Positions 16,275-24,813 are shown, counted from the stretch's first letter. The stretch: 32,000 bases of DNA from Candidatus Hadarchaeota archaeon (GCA_964514965.1 CAZETV010000001.1:540001-572000), one strand, 5' to 3'. Program-made: numbers and translations. The notes: a model not told the origin generated them from the letters alone.

Positions 16275-17131
16275 TTCTTCGCCTCCTTTTGGGGCCGAAA
16301 GACTTTCTTGGCCGTTTTTCCCTCTTTCGCGAGGACTTCGTTCATGGCTTCTACAAATGCCTCCTTTATTGCTGGCTTAAGCGACTCGGCAAATATCCTC
16401 ATGGTTTCTTTGAGTTCCTCTTCTCTTTGGGTTACAAGGGTCTCCATCTTTTCTTTCAGTAAAACTTCGGGGATTTGTGGTCCAGATTTTTTGGAAATTC
16501 CACCGTAGATATCATCGGAGGTCCACTCAAAATCGCTCCTTAAATCCACGGAATCTGGCAGTTCATCGATTTTTTTAAATATTTTTTTCCTGTTCAGAAT
16601 GGGGCAGTACTTGTACTTCGATCTCTTAATCTCGGAGCTTACATTTTCTTTGATTCTCTTCTTGTTCACATGAAAAATTCCCTTTTCATCGAATTTTCCT
16701 TGTGTGATCCCTATCTCCTCAGCGCCGTATCTCGGCCCCCATAACCCCCTAACGCCAGCATTACTGAATCCAAGCCATCTGCATATGCCGTTGCAGTCTT
16801 TTTTATGATCGTAATGACAAGTAATGGCACTCAGCTCCCTATATTGAATTTTTTTTCCGTCCACCTCAACCCGAGTCGCGGACCAACGTCCAGTCATCCC
16901 GACTAATTCACAAAAACGTTCGCTCAGCTCCGACCTTTTGGCTAGCTCCAACTTGGTTACAGCAACGATGTGCTTGCCCTCTTCTTGTTTGTAATTTGGC
17001 ATCGATTTGGCCAGCTCTATTGCATCCCCTAGGGAGGGGCTCGTGGTCTTCTCCGTGAAAATCAGCTTATACTCCAATGTACTCTCCCCCACCTTACTGG
17101 TGCTGGTTGCCTGATAAATAAGAGTGAACAA
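16271..17131 (-). CDS. Hypothetical protein, first gene of the mre11-rad50 operon (not HerA/NurA-like)
   Basis: 286-aa ORF with an uncertain TTG start, translationally coupled to mre11. No Walker motifs. Cys/His cluster ITCHYDHKKDCNGICRW. Lys/Glu-rich C-terminal tail. Confidence 0.5.
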   Translation of the reverse strand: MFTLIYQATSTSKVGESTLEYKLIFTEKTTSPSLGDAIELAKSMPNYKQEEGKHIVAVTKLELAKRSELSERFCELVGMTGRWSATRVEVDGKKIQYRELSAITCHYDHKKDCNGICRWLGFSNAGVRGLWGPRYGAEEIGITQGKFDEKGIFHVNKKRIKENVSSEIKRSKYKYCPILNRKKIFKKIDELPDSVDLRSDFEWTSDDIYGGISKKSGPQIPEVLLKEKMETLVTQREEELKETMRIFAESLKPAIKEAFVEAMNEVLAKEGKTAKKVFRPQKEAKK

Positions 17132-17468
17132 GAATGCCAGCCCCCGAGTGAAACATTTGGCAAATTTTTAACTGCAAAGAGGTAAATAAGAGATCAAAAC
17201 AATTGGAAACTCGAGATAGCGGAAACTACTTTTTGAAATCCTTTTTTATTTCAGGATCTTTGGAATTCAGAATATCCACCCCAATAGGTACCCGATCGCA
17301 AACCAGTAGAGGAGATCGAAGTTAAATCAGAAAAGACGCTCTATAACTAATACTTTTTGCCGACCGCATCGTTTAGTTATTTCCCCAGTTCCCCAACGAC
17401 CGCTTTTTTGCACATAAATTCATGAATTCCGTTGCTTGCACATAAATTCGAGAAATGATCGACAGAAG

Positions 17469-17494
17469 GGGTTCGAATCCCGCCTGCCGCACCA
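17469..17494 (+). other. tRNA 3'-end fragment (T-loop to acceptor, plus CCA), tRNA-Gly-like
   Basis: gggttcgaatcccgccTgccgca-cca matches 22/23 nt of the 3' end of the tRNA-Gly gene at 22950-22972 (opposite strand). No 5' acceptor partner (gcggcag) lies upstream, so it is not a complete tRNA. Preceded by a 14-nt direct repeat, ttgcacataaattc, present twice at 17408-17450. Confidence 0.7.
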
Positions 17495-17549
17495 TAAAAT
17501 AAACTCTCATTTCACTGGTAAAATGGATAGGGGAGATTTTCCATAACTG

Positions 17550-18305
17550 TTAGAGCCTTTTCTGGATGGTACGTTCGTGAATCTTGATGGATATAACTAA
17601 GAAGACGATTGCGAATGCTACGAGAACGGTAAGGTCCAATTCAATCGGAAAATAGCCATTGCCTTGTATAGAATGTCTTGCCAAATCTGTAAAATATGTT
17701 AAAGGAGAAATTGAAGAGACTACCTTCCCCCAGACTGGCAGTTCCCCTAGTGAAATAAAAATTCCGCTTATGAATATTAGTGGGAATTTGATCATGGACG
17801 ACAGCATCATCACGCTGGCAGGGGAGTCCGTGGGGGGGTAGGCAGATAACAATATGCTGAAAGATGCAAAACAGAATGTTGCAAGAATAATCCCAAATCC
17901 GAGAATTAATGGATTGACTATTCCGACGCCGATGACCAAGCTGGCGATTACGGGAAATATGGAAACAATGATTCCAAAAGAGAACGAAGAAAAAATGTCG
18001 CCTAGGAAAATTGTCCAGATGGAGATGGGAGAGGATACGAGTCGTTCTAGAGTTTTGGCTCTTGCCTCCCAAGGAACAATGACTGGGCCAACAGAGGTAG
18101 CAGTGAAAAAAACTGTCATTCCAAGTAATCCTGGTATGAGTGCTTCAGCTGGCATGTTTCGTCCAATGTAGAATGCCAGAAAAAGAAAGAAGGGTAAGAG
18201 AAGCCCAAAAATAATTACTGGTCCCTTTGAGTAGTAGATGCGTACGTTCTTCTTGGCGATTGCAAGAGACCGTCTAAACTGCTCCAGATAAAAATAGCTT
18301 TTCAT
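17550..18305 (-). CDS. ABC-2 type transporter permease
   Basis: 251-aa polytopic membrane protein with about 6 predicted TM helices, immediately downstream of the ABC ATPase. Confidence 0.7.
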   Translation of the reverse strand: MKSYFYLEQFRRSLAIAKKNVRIYYSKGPVIIFGLLLPFFLFLAFYIGRNMPAEALIPGLLGMTVFFTATSVGPVIVPWEARAKTLERLVSSPISIWTIFLGDIFSSFSFGIIVSIFPVIASLVIGVGIVNPLILGFGIILATFCFASFSILLSAYPPTDSPASVMMLSSMIKFPLIFISGIFISLGELPVWGKVVSSISPLTYFTDLARHSIQGNGYFPIELDLTVLVAFAIVFLVISIKIHERTIQKRL

Positions 18306-18320
18306 TAGAGCATCACCTTT

Positions 18321-19250
18321 CTAACCCTCTTTCACAAGTTTAAGAAACACATCTTCCAAGGTGGGTGCGAGTGTGTTGAGGGTGATTATTTTAAGTTTTT
18401 TTGAACGCGCAAAATTAACCAAGTGATCTAAGACTGCACTTGGCTCATCCACATACAGCCTCATCTTGTCTCCCATCTTTTTCACTTCCATAACGTCGTG
18501 AATCTTTGACAACTCATCAACGCGGATTGTCCTGTCAAAGCTGACTTCAATCGACTGCAATCTGCTACTTCTCATCCGGAGTTTTTCCGGACTGTCGATT
18601 GCCGCGATTTTGCCGTGGTTGATAACTGCTACTCTATCGCAAAGCTGATTGGCTTCTTCCATGTTGTGTGTTGTTAAGAAAACGGTTGCACCACTTTTAT
18701 TGAAATCACGAATCATGTCTTTTATAAGTCGTTGGCTCTCTACATCCAGACCAGAGGTTGGTTCATCCAAGAAGAGAATCTCGGGCTTATTTATTAGAGC
18801 CATGCATAGCAGTAGTTTCTGTTTCATCCCTCTTGAAAAGCCTTTAACAAGTTGGTTTCTTCGGTCGTAGAGTCCAAATTCTTTTAGAAGCTTGCTTGCT
18901 CTTTCTTGTCTTTCCTTTTTAGGAACTCCGTATAATTCCCCAATTAGCATGAGATTATTCCAAGCTGAGAGGTCAACGTACGCATTCGCCATCTCGGGAA
19001 CGATGCCCATCATTTGTTTAGCCTTAAGCCCTTCTCTTAAGATGTCATAACCCAATATGGAAGCCGTACCATCATCTGGCTTAATTATACCAGTGAGCAT
19101 CCGGATAGTAGTGGTCTTACCTGCAGCATTTGGTCCTAAAAAACCAAAAAGTTCTCCTTTCCGCACCTGAAAACTGATGCGATCAACAGCCGCCAACTCG
19201 CCAAAATGCTTTGTTAGATCTGAAACTTCTACGGCATTGTCAGTGTTCAT
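18321..19250 (-). CDS. ABC transporter ATP-binding protein
   Basis: Walker A GPNAAGKTT, signature FSRGMKQKL, Walker B ILFLDEPTSGLD, H-loop LTTHNMEEA. ATGA overlap with the upstream ArsR gene. Confidence 0.85.
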   Translation of the reverse strand: MNTDNAVEVSDLTKHFGELAAVDRISFQVRKGELFGFLGPNAAGKTTTIRMLTGIIKPDDGTASILGYDILREGLKAKQMMGIVPEMANAYVDLSAWNNLMLIGELYGVPKKERQERASKLLKEFGLYDRRNQLVKGFSRGMKQKLLLCMALINKPEILFLDEPTSGLDVESQRLIKDMIRDFNKSGATVFLTTHNMEEANQLCDRVAVINHGKIAAIDSPEKLRMRSSRLQSIEVSFDRTIRVDELSKIHDVMEVKKMGDKMRLYVDEPSAVLDHLVNFARSKKLKIITLNTLAPTLEDVFLKLVKEG

Positions 19251-19588
19251 GGAGATTCCCTTGGCAAGTCAGTGAGAAGGTTAATTTTGATCTCTTTCGT
19301 TTTTAGTCGCCATATCTTTTCAGGTGCCCCCCCTCCAACCTCTCGATACTCAGCTAATTCAACGACGCCTGCTTCCTCTAGTTCAGAAAGGTGATAATAT
19401 AGTCCAGACCTTGAAATGCCTTCTCCAACTTTCTTTAACCCCTCAAAGATTTCATTAGTGCTTTTTGCTTCATTCCCTATAATGTGAATAATCATCCATC
19501 TAGTCGGGCAATGAAGAGCCCTAAAGTACATCTGGAACCTACTGAACTTTTTTGAGTCGAAATCGTCACATTCGCCGCCGCACATCAA
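19247..19588 (-). CDS. ArsR-family winged-helix transcriptional regulator
   Basis: HCPTRWMIIHIIG...STNEIFEGL...SRSGLYYHLSELEEAGVVEL is typical of ArsR/SmtB wHTH proteins. First gene of the ABC operon. Confidence 0.65.
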   Translation of the reverse strand: MMCGGECDDFDSKKFSRFQMYFRALHCPTRWMIIHIIGNEAKSTNEIFEGLKKVGEGISRSGLYYHLSELEEAGVVELAEYREVGGGAPEKIWRLKTKEIKINLLTDLPRESP

Positions 19589-19632
19589 ATACCACCTTTG
19601 TATACCCCGATTTTTTTTGATATATTATCGAA

Positions 19633-19654
19633 AATACTGTAATATTATAGTATT
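19633..19654. promoter_or_regulatory. Inverted repeat in the ArsR operon promoter region (candidate operator)
   Basis: AATACT-N10-AGTATT lies 45 nt upstream of the ArsR start, within very AT-rich sequence. Confidence 0.2.
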
Positions 19655-19947
19655 AAAAACTTTTGCAAAGCACTCAGCGCTGTTATTAAGCGTACCTCTC
19701 CCGCCCGCATTAAAAAAAGGGAAAAATTTTTGCTTAAAGCTTAAAACGAGCGTTAAAATTGCTCAATTTTTGCACTTGAATGGATCACAGGTTACGGTAG
19801 ATTTAAACGGGGGCTTGAACCTACTCCCCCGCACCGTCTTGACGCCGTTGACTTATCCTTTTTATAAAAAGTCCTGCGTCTGGCTGGCTCATGCACAGTG
19901 GGTTCAGGTTTGATGGTTCAAGAATGGACTAAATATAGAAAACGAAA

Positions 19948-19968
19948 GGAGTTCAAATCCCACCTCAC
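19948..19968 (+). other. Degenerate tRNA T-arm/3'-end-like fragment
   Basis: ggagttcaaatcccacctcac aligns with the fragment at 17469 (ggggttcgaatcccgcctgcc). Most differences are G-to-A changes. No complete cloverleaf is present. Confidence 0.4.
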
Positions 19969-20119
19969 TTTTTGGAATTTGAAGGTGTCTTAACGAGGTA
20001 CTACGCAGACTGCTCACCGGAATGACTAGGGGAGATTTACAAAACAGGTTGATATTATGGTCTGCTAAACAAATATTTTAAAACGTGAATAAATTATAAA
20101 CTAGCGAGAGGTAAACAAC

Positions 20120-20326
20120 ATGCCTTTGGTTGAAATAAGTTTGGTGGAAAAAGAGTTGTCCGAGGAGCAGAAAGTTAAAATAGCTAACGCCGTATCCGAC
20201 CTTCTGATATGCGAGATCCCGAAATTGCCCAAAGAAGCCATTTCAGTAATATTCTATGAGACTCCATCAGAGAACTGGATAGTCGGCGGGAAGACTGTGG
20301 AAGAACTAAAGCAAAGAAGAACTTAG
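20120..20326 (+). CDS. 4-oxalocrotonate tautomerase-family protein
   Basis: 68 aa. N-terminal Met-Pro (MPLVEISL) followed by LSEEQKVKIANAVSDLL, the typical beta-alpha-beta tautomerase pattern. Confidence 0.6.
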   Translation: MPLVEISLVEKELSEEQKVKIANAVSDLLICEIPKLPKEAISVIFYETPSENWIVGGKTVEELKQRRT

Positions 20327-20640
20327 ATTCCTCCTGAAAAAGTTTGGTGATGAGAGTTGGGACTCCTGCCGACCTAAAAACGCCTTTAACACGATTTGTC
20401 CTATTGATCAAGTTAAGAGAATGGGTGAGAAAAAGCTAGAAAAGGTGCGGCACTATAACGACTATTTTCCCGAAAGGCTGAGACCTACGAGATGGCGGGT
20501 TTAAGGGTTTTTGTAACCCAACAAGGGCTCTCACTATACTTATTTTCCCAGTTAAAACACCAAATTAGACCATTGAACCCACAATTCTTTAGTTTTCTAC
20601 GCGTTTAAGGTGTTAATAACATTCTGTGGGTTGGTAAAAG

Positions 20641-21861
20641 ATGGCGGATGCGACGCGTTCAGACGGTTCGTTTGTGGATATGGGGGAGGCTGCAGGTCAT
20701 CTTAAAAAACGCAAAGAAAAGCATATGCATAGAATTTTCCCGATTTTGGCCCTATCCATCTTCTCTTCCATGCTGGGGATGGGGCTCATAGTCCCAATCC
20801 TCCCCCTCTACGCCGAGAACATGGGGGCCACCGGGGTCTGGATAGGAATTATCTTCGCCTCGTATTCCATTTCCCGTACCGTGTTCATGCCGGTCATCGG
20901 GAGGCTATCGGACCGGTGGGGCAGGAAAGTGTTCCTTTGCTTTGGACTTCTCGTATATGCTCTGATCTCCATCGGTTATGTGTGGGCGACGCAGGTTCCC
21001 GAGTTAACACTCATCCGGGTGTTGCACGGTGCCGCCGCTGGTATGATTCTGCCAATTGCCCAAGCTTACATCGGAGACCTCGCGCCAACGGGACACGAGG
21101 GGACTTGGATGGGGTATTTTAATGCCGCCTTTTTTATGGGCTTTGGCTTCGGTCCTCTTATGGGGGGAGTTCTTACCGATAGCTTCGGCATGAATTTTCC
21201 CTTTTACATTATGGGCGCCCTCAATTTGCTGGCATTTTTCTTCGCCCTGTTTTTTCTTCCAGAGGTTCGCCGCATGGGTGAAATCGTGGGTCGTGATGCA
21301 CCTTCAGGTAAAATGAGGGAAAGCAGGGTAATGAGGGGCCTCTTCAGTTACCGACTGGCGCGATCCTTTGGAAGGGGTTCTTTCACGTGCTTTCTTCCGA
21401 TCCTCGCCTCCTCTTATCTGGGGTTAACGGCCTCCCAGACGGGGCTTCTGATCGCTGTCAACATTTTACTGATGTCACTGTTTCAGATTAGATTCGGAAA
21501 AATCGCGGACAAGTTCAGCAGGAGAGGGCTAGTCATCTGCGGGAGCTTGACCAATGTCACATTTCTTTTTTTGATCCCGCTGTGCGTAACCTTTTGGCAA
21601 TTGCTGGCTGTATGCGCGTTCGGCGCTCTTGGGGGCTCGATCTCGGTACCTGCCGCTTCCGCTCTAACGGTTAATGAAGGCAGAAAATACGGCATGGGAT
21701 CCACCATTGGAATGTTTACAATGGCGATGAGCATAGGCATGTTCGTGGGTCCGGTCCTGGGCGGGGGACTCGTTGATATGTTGGGTGTTTACTCGGTGTT
21801 TTATTTCGGAGGGTTAGTTTCACTCCTAGGGACTGCGGTATTTGCTTGGTTCACGGGGTAA
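20641..21861 (+). CDS. MFS transporter
   Basis: About 12 predicted TM segments. MFS motif A GRLSDRWGRKVFL. The true start may be ATG 20725 (MHRIFPILAL). Confidence 0.75.
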   Translation: MADATRSDGSFVDMGEAAGHLKKRKEKHMHRIFPILALSIFSSMLGMGLIVPILPLYAENMGATGVWIGIIFASYSISRTVFMPVIGRLSDRWGRKVFLCFGLLVYALISIGYVWATQVPELTLIRVLHGAAAGMILPIAQAYIGDLAPTGHEGTWMGYFNAAFFMGFGFGPLMGGVLTDSFGMNFPFYIMGALNLLAFFFALFFLPEVRRMGEIVGRDAPSGKMRESRVMRGLFSYRLARSFGRGSFTCFLPILASSYLGLTASQTGLLIAVNILLMSLFQIRFGKIADKFSRRGLVICGSLTNVTFLFLIPLCVTFWQLLAVCAFGALGGSISVPAASALTVNEGRKYGMGSTIGMFTMAMSIGMFVGPVLGGGLVDMLGVYSVFYFGGLVSLLGTAVFAWFTG

Positions 21862-22149
21862 GGGAGCACGGACCTCAGCTATTCGAGCCGCGATATGAGC
21901 GTAATTTCGATGTTCATCCGGTTCGCAAAAAATAAAGCAAGATCGAAGCAGGATTTTGCCTTAGGACTGGTCCTGTACAGGTTATGCAGCTGGAATACTT
22001 TCCCTTGAACTTGAGATAGCGCATTCTTAGAAGATTCCGTAAATCCTCTGGAGCGTACAAATCTGAGTTTTTATTATTTTATAGTCGGGAAGAAATAATC
22101 CAACTAGTTTTATAATACTTCAAAACGTATTACATCTCGGTGGAAATAG

Positions 22150-22836
22150 ATGCCAATTTTTGAGAATGAGACTGAAAAGATAGTTAAAACACTGGGTTTA
22201 GAATGGGAACCTGTGGCCGTAAAGTTCTCGGATAGTGCTGATGAGAAGGGAATTCCAAGAAAGCTTAAAGTTTGTCAAGCCATTGATGTGGTTAGACGTG
22301 AAAGCGTGACAATCAACTTATCTAAAGAGAATTGTGTCTGTCCAGGTGGTAGACGCTACACTGGTCTAGAAGTTCTTCCACTAGAAGCAATTGCGGGTGT
22401 TTGGACGAAGGCACATAAGGCTTACGAATCCATGGACATCGCACTATCATCGCTAAAAAAGCAGCCCCAACCTGTTAAGAGGGGAGACTTCCTTATTTTA
22501 AGCCCTCTAAAAAAGGTTGAGACAGACCCCGACATGGTTTTACTTTTCGCAAACGCTGAGCAAGCTGACAGGATATTGGGACTGGTTTCTTTTAAAGAGG
22601 CTGAACCCTTCGCTTATTATCCAGTAAGCAACACGTGTTCAGTTATAACAAACACGTTAGGGAAGGGAGGACCAGAAATATGTTTCATGACAAAACATTC
22701 AAGACAAGAGTTTAGGTTGTCTCCAAATGAACTCATAATTGGTTTGCCCTTCGGAGACTTTGAAGCCGCGGTCAATAATATTTCCAACTCTGGCTTCGGA
22801 ACTGCCCAAACATCTCCCCCACCAAAGGCACGTTGA
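22150..22836 (+). CDS. DUF169-like (COG2043) uncharacterised protein
   Basis: GLEWEPVAVKFSD...KLKVCQAIDVVRRE...NCVCPGG resembles the DUF169 family. GGTGG RBS. Judged by eye. Confidence 0.45.
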   Translation: MPIFENETEKIVKTLGLEWEPVAVKFSDSADEKGIPRKLKVCQAIDVVRRESVTINLSKENCVCPGGRRYTGLEVLPLEAIAGVWTKAHKAYESMDIALSSLKKQPQPVKRGDFLILSPLKKVETDPDMVLLFANAEQADRILGLVSFKEAEPFAYYPVSNTCSVITNTLGKGGPEICFMTKHSRQEFRLSPNELIIGLPFGDFEAAVNNISNSGFGTAQTSPPPKAR

Positions 22837-22949
22837 ACAAAGAAAACTCTCGCAGAGCTAGATGTGAAGATGACTGATTGTATAAGAGCGTATCTCTAAA
22901 GTCCGCAAGACGTTAGAAAAAAAATACAGACAAGTTAGAATTGAATTTA

Positions 22950-23056
22950 GTGCGGCCGGCGGGATTCGAACCCGCGCAGCAGGCTTTTCCCGAGCATTCA
23001 TGGGAAGCCTGAGTCCTTTGGCAGCATTTGCTTTAACCAGACTGGACCACGGCCGC
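22950..23056 (-). tRNA. tRNA-Gly(CCC) with two introns (D-loop and canonical 37/38)
   Basis: Minus-strand read of the tRNA arms. Acceptor: GCGGCCG / CGGCCGC, with discriminator A73. D stem: GTCC / GGAC, enclosing about 17 extra nt that include the hairpin AGCA-AA-TGCT. Anticodon arm: stem CAGGC, loop TT-CCC-A, then a 15-nt insert TGAATGCTCGGGAAA whose GGGAA pairs with TTCCC, then A and GCCTT. T arm: GCGGG-TTCGAAT-CCCGC. C2:G71, G3:C70 and A73 fit Gly identity. No encoded CCA. Confidence 0.8.
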
Positions 23057-23193
23057 ACAATTAAATGTCATCCAGTTCTAATTAAATTTTTAATTTTTGT
23101 CTTCTTCGGATAGCCCGTTTCTGTCGAGCGAGAAGCCGGAGTTTGCCGGGTGTCAGGAGTGGTGTTAAGAAGCTAAGGAGGTTGGAGAAAATC

Positions 23194-23988
23194 CTAGAGC
23201 CGTTCCCGCGCGACCTGAGTGAGTTCGGTCTTTGTCAGCAACCCCACAAGCTCTCCTTCAAAGTTCAGCACGGGGAGGGTGGAGAATCTACGCTCGAACA
23301 TGAGACGCGAAACTTCTGGGAGTCTGGCATCCGTTCGCGTCGTCGTGGCCGGCTGGGTCATGATTTCCTTTACTAACAAATTTCTGATGTGCTCACTCTT
23401 TTGCTGATTTGGAACGGCTCCCTGAAAAGCTGCGAGCTTCATTGCCACGTCTCGCACCGTTACGACGCCGACAAGCTTTCCATCCTCCATGACCGGCAAA
23501 CCGATTAAATCCTCATCGAGCAACAGCCGCCGCGCGTGAACAACCCGATCTCCCGGCGAAACGGTCGTCGGGCTGGCCTGCATCACCTGCCCCACATAAA
23601 CATCTTCGTACTCCGAGCAAACCTTCGCGAAGTCCAGCTTGGTCACGATGCCAGAGAGGTGCCCCTCCTCGACTACTGGAAGTCCACTGATGTCGTGGTC
23701 GAGCATGATCTCGGCAGCCCGCTTCACCATTACTTCCGGGGCCACTGTGATCGGGTTAAGGGTCATCACATTCGAGACGTATATCCGGTCGAGAGACAAG
23801 CGATAAGCTGTGCTCGACCCCATCTCACGAGCGATGTCCTTCTCGGTAATCACGCCCACGATTTTTCCCGTCTGAAGCGCTACGAGGCGAGAGATTTCTT
23901 TCTGTTGCATCAAATCGATCGCGTTCGCTAAAGGCTGATCCTTGTCAAGCGTCACGACGGGCGAGCTCATGATTTGGCTAACACGCAT
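23194..23988 (-). CDS. CBS-domain protein (four CBS repeats)
   Basis: Repeated CBS signatures: IMSSPVVTL...ISRLVAL, GVITEKDI, ISGLPVV, GIVTKLDF, LIGLPVM, GVVTVRDV. Confidence 0.8.
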   Translation of the reverse strand: MRVSQIMSSPVVTLDKDQPLANAIDLMQQKEISRLVALQTGKIVGVITEKDIAREMGSSTAYRLSLDRIYVSNVMTLNPITVAPEVMVKRAAEIMLDHDISGLPVVEEGHLSGIVTKLDFAKVCSEYEDVYVGQVMQASPTTVSPGDRVVHARRLLLDEDLIGLPVMEDGKLVGVVTVRDVAMKLAAFQGAVPNQQKSEHIRNLLVKEIMTQPATTTRTDARLPEVSRLMFERRFSTLPVLNFEGELVGLLTKTELTQVARERL

Positions 23989-23997
23989 TTAAACCCC

Positions 23998-24813
23998 TCA
24001 AACCAACAACTCCAACAGATCATGCTCAGTTATTATCCCCTTGAGTTCATCTCTCTCGACTACCGGCACGCAGCCGCACCCGCGCTCACACATGAGCCCC
24101 GTGGCGTCCCCAAGGTCGGTCTCAGGTGCCACGGTCAACACGTCACGAGTCATTATCTCTTCAACACCTACAGACATCGCTTCGTCTACGCGTTGCGAGA
24201 GCATGTGCTCGAACACCTTACTCGTTCCGAAGTAACGCAAGATGTCAACGCTCGTGACAATCCCAGCAAGTTCTCTTTCGCGTACCACGGGCAGGCGTCG
24301 AACTCCTCTAGAAATCATCCTTCTTGCCGCTTCACGAATTTGAAGTTCGGGCTCAGCTGTGATCACATGGCGGGTCATGTAATAGCTCACGGGTGTCCCA
24401 GTCTTGGCCGGCACATAGGTTATGAAATCGCGCTCCGAGACGATACCAGCAATCTGTCCATGCTCGTCAAGAATAGGTATCCCCCCAACACCTGTTTGGA
24501 GAAGGAGCTTCACGGCATCTATTATAGACATGTCGGTGGTACCGTGGATTACCCGCTCGGACATAATAATCCGCACAGGCTCGTTAGCCGCAGCGAAGAA
24601 ATTGCCCTTTAACTTCTCCTGCACAATTCTGAATTTTTCGCCTCCGCCCAAGAAGTCTATGATGTCTCGCGTGCGGATGATGCCCATGAGTTTTTTGGTA
24701 CCGGGGGTCGCCACAGGTAACCTCCGCACACCCCGCTCAATCATGAGCTCGGCCGCATTCTTTATCTGCATTGTCGGAGGAACTGTTATAACTAGTTTTC
24801 GCGCGAGCGACAT
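23998..24813 (-). CDS. CBS-domain protein (four CBS repeats)
   Basis: CBS signatures: VRRLPV (twice), GIIRTRDI, GIVSERDF, GIVTSVDI, GIITEHDL. ATG 24813 (SD GGAAGGG upstream) is preferred over the track start at 24909, which overlaps the upstream gene. Confidence 0.75.
   Translation of the reverse strand: MSLARKLVITVPPTMQIKNAAELMIERGVRRLPVATPGTKKLMGIIRTRDIIDFLGGGEKFRIVQEKLKGNFFAAANEPVRIIMSERVIHGTTDMSIIDAVKLLLQTGVGGIPILDEHGQIAGIVSERDFITYVPAKTGTPVSYYMTRHVITAEPELQIREAARRMISRGVRRLPVVRERELAGIVTSVDILRYFGTSKVFEHMLSQRVDEAMSVGVEEIMTRDVLTVAPETDLGDATGLMCERGCGCVPVVERDELKGIITEHDLLELLV

Noticed and set aside
16271-17131. The gene upstream of mre11, considered as HerA or NurA
   Set aside because: It has no Walker A/B motifs (needed for HerA). 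At 286 aa, it has no NurA-like acidic catalytic pattern that I could recognise. It is kept as hypothetical.
17469-17494. tRNA 3' fragment with CCA, considered as the 3' half of a split tRNA gene (Nanoarchaeum/Caldivirga style)
   Set aside because: Similarity to tRNA-Gly starts only at the T-stem. No anticodon-stem 3' strand is present. No complementary leader and no matching 5' half are found in the window. The T-stem itself is imperfect (AGGGG/CCCGC). An att-site remnant is more likely.
10786-19710. Shared 11-mer cccgcccgcat at 10786 and 19700
   Set aside because: Exact 11-mers are expected many times by chance in a 32-kb window counted on both strands. No extended similarity surrounds either copy.
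19617-19913. 98-aa plus-strand ORF in the arsR-tautomerase intergenic region
   Set aside because: It starts inside an AT-rich promoter, has no RBS and no motifs, and has an odd composition. The region is better explained as a divergent promoter plus a tRNA-like fragment.
5032-20038. Possible common core between the 16-mer GGCGGAATTTACACCA (ASCH cassette ends) and TAGGGGAGATTT(A/T)C (ABC operon flanks), which would suggest one recombination system
   Set aside because: Only about 11 of 16 positions agree, with no consistent orientation or spacing. This is too weak to distinguish from chance without a genome-wide search.
20347-20481. Box C-like GUGAUGA at 20347-20353, considered as the start of a C/D box sRNA
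   Set aside because: The nearest CUGA on the same strand is about 130 nt away (20478-20481), far beyond typical archaeal C/D sRNA length. No C'/D' pair lies in between.
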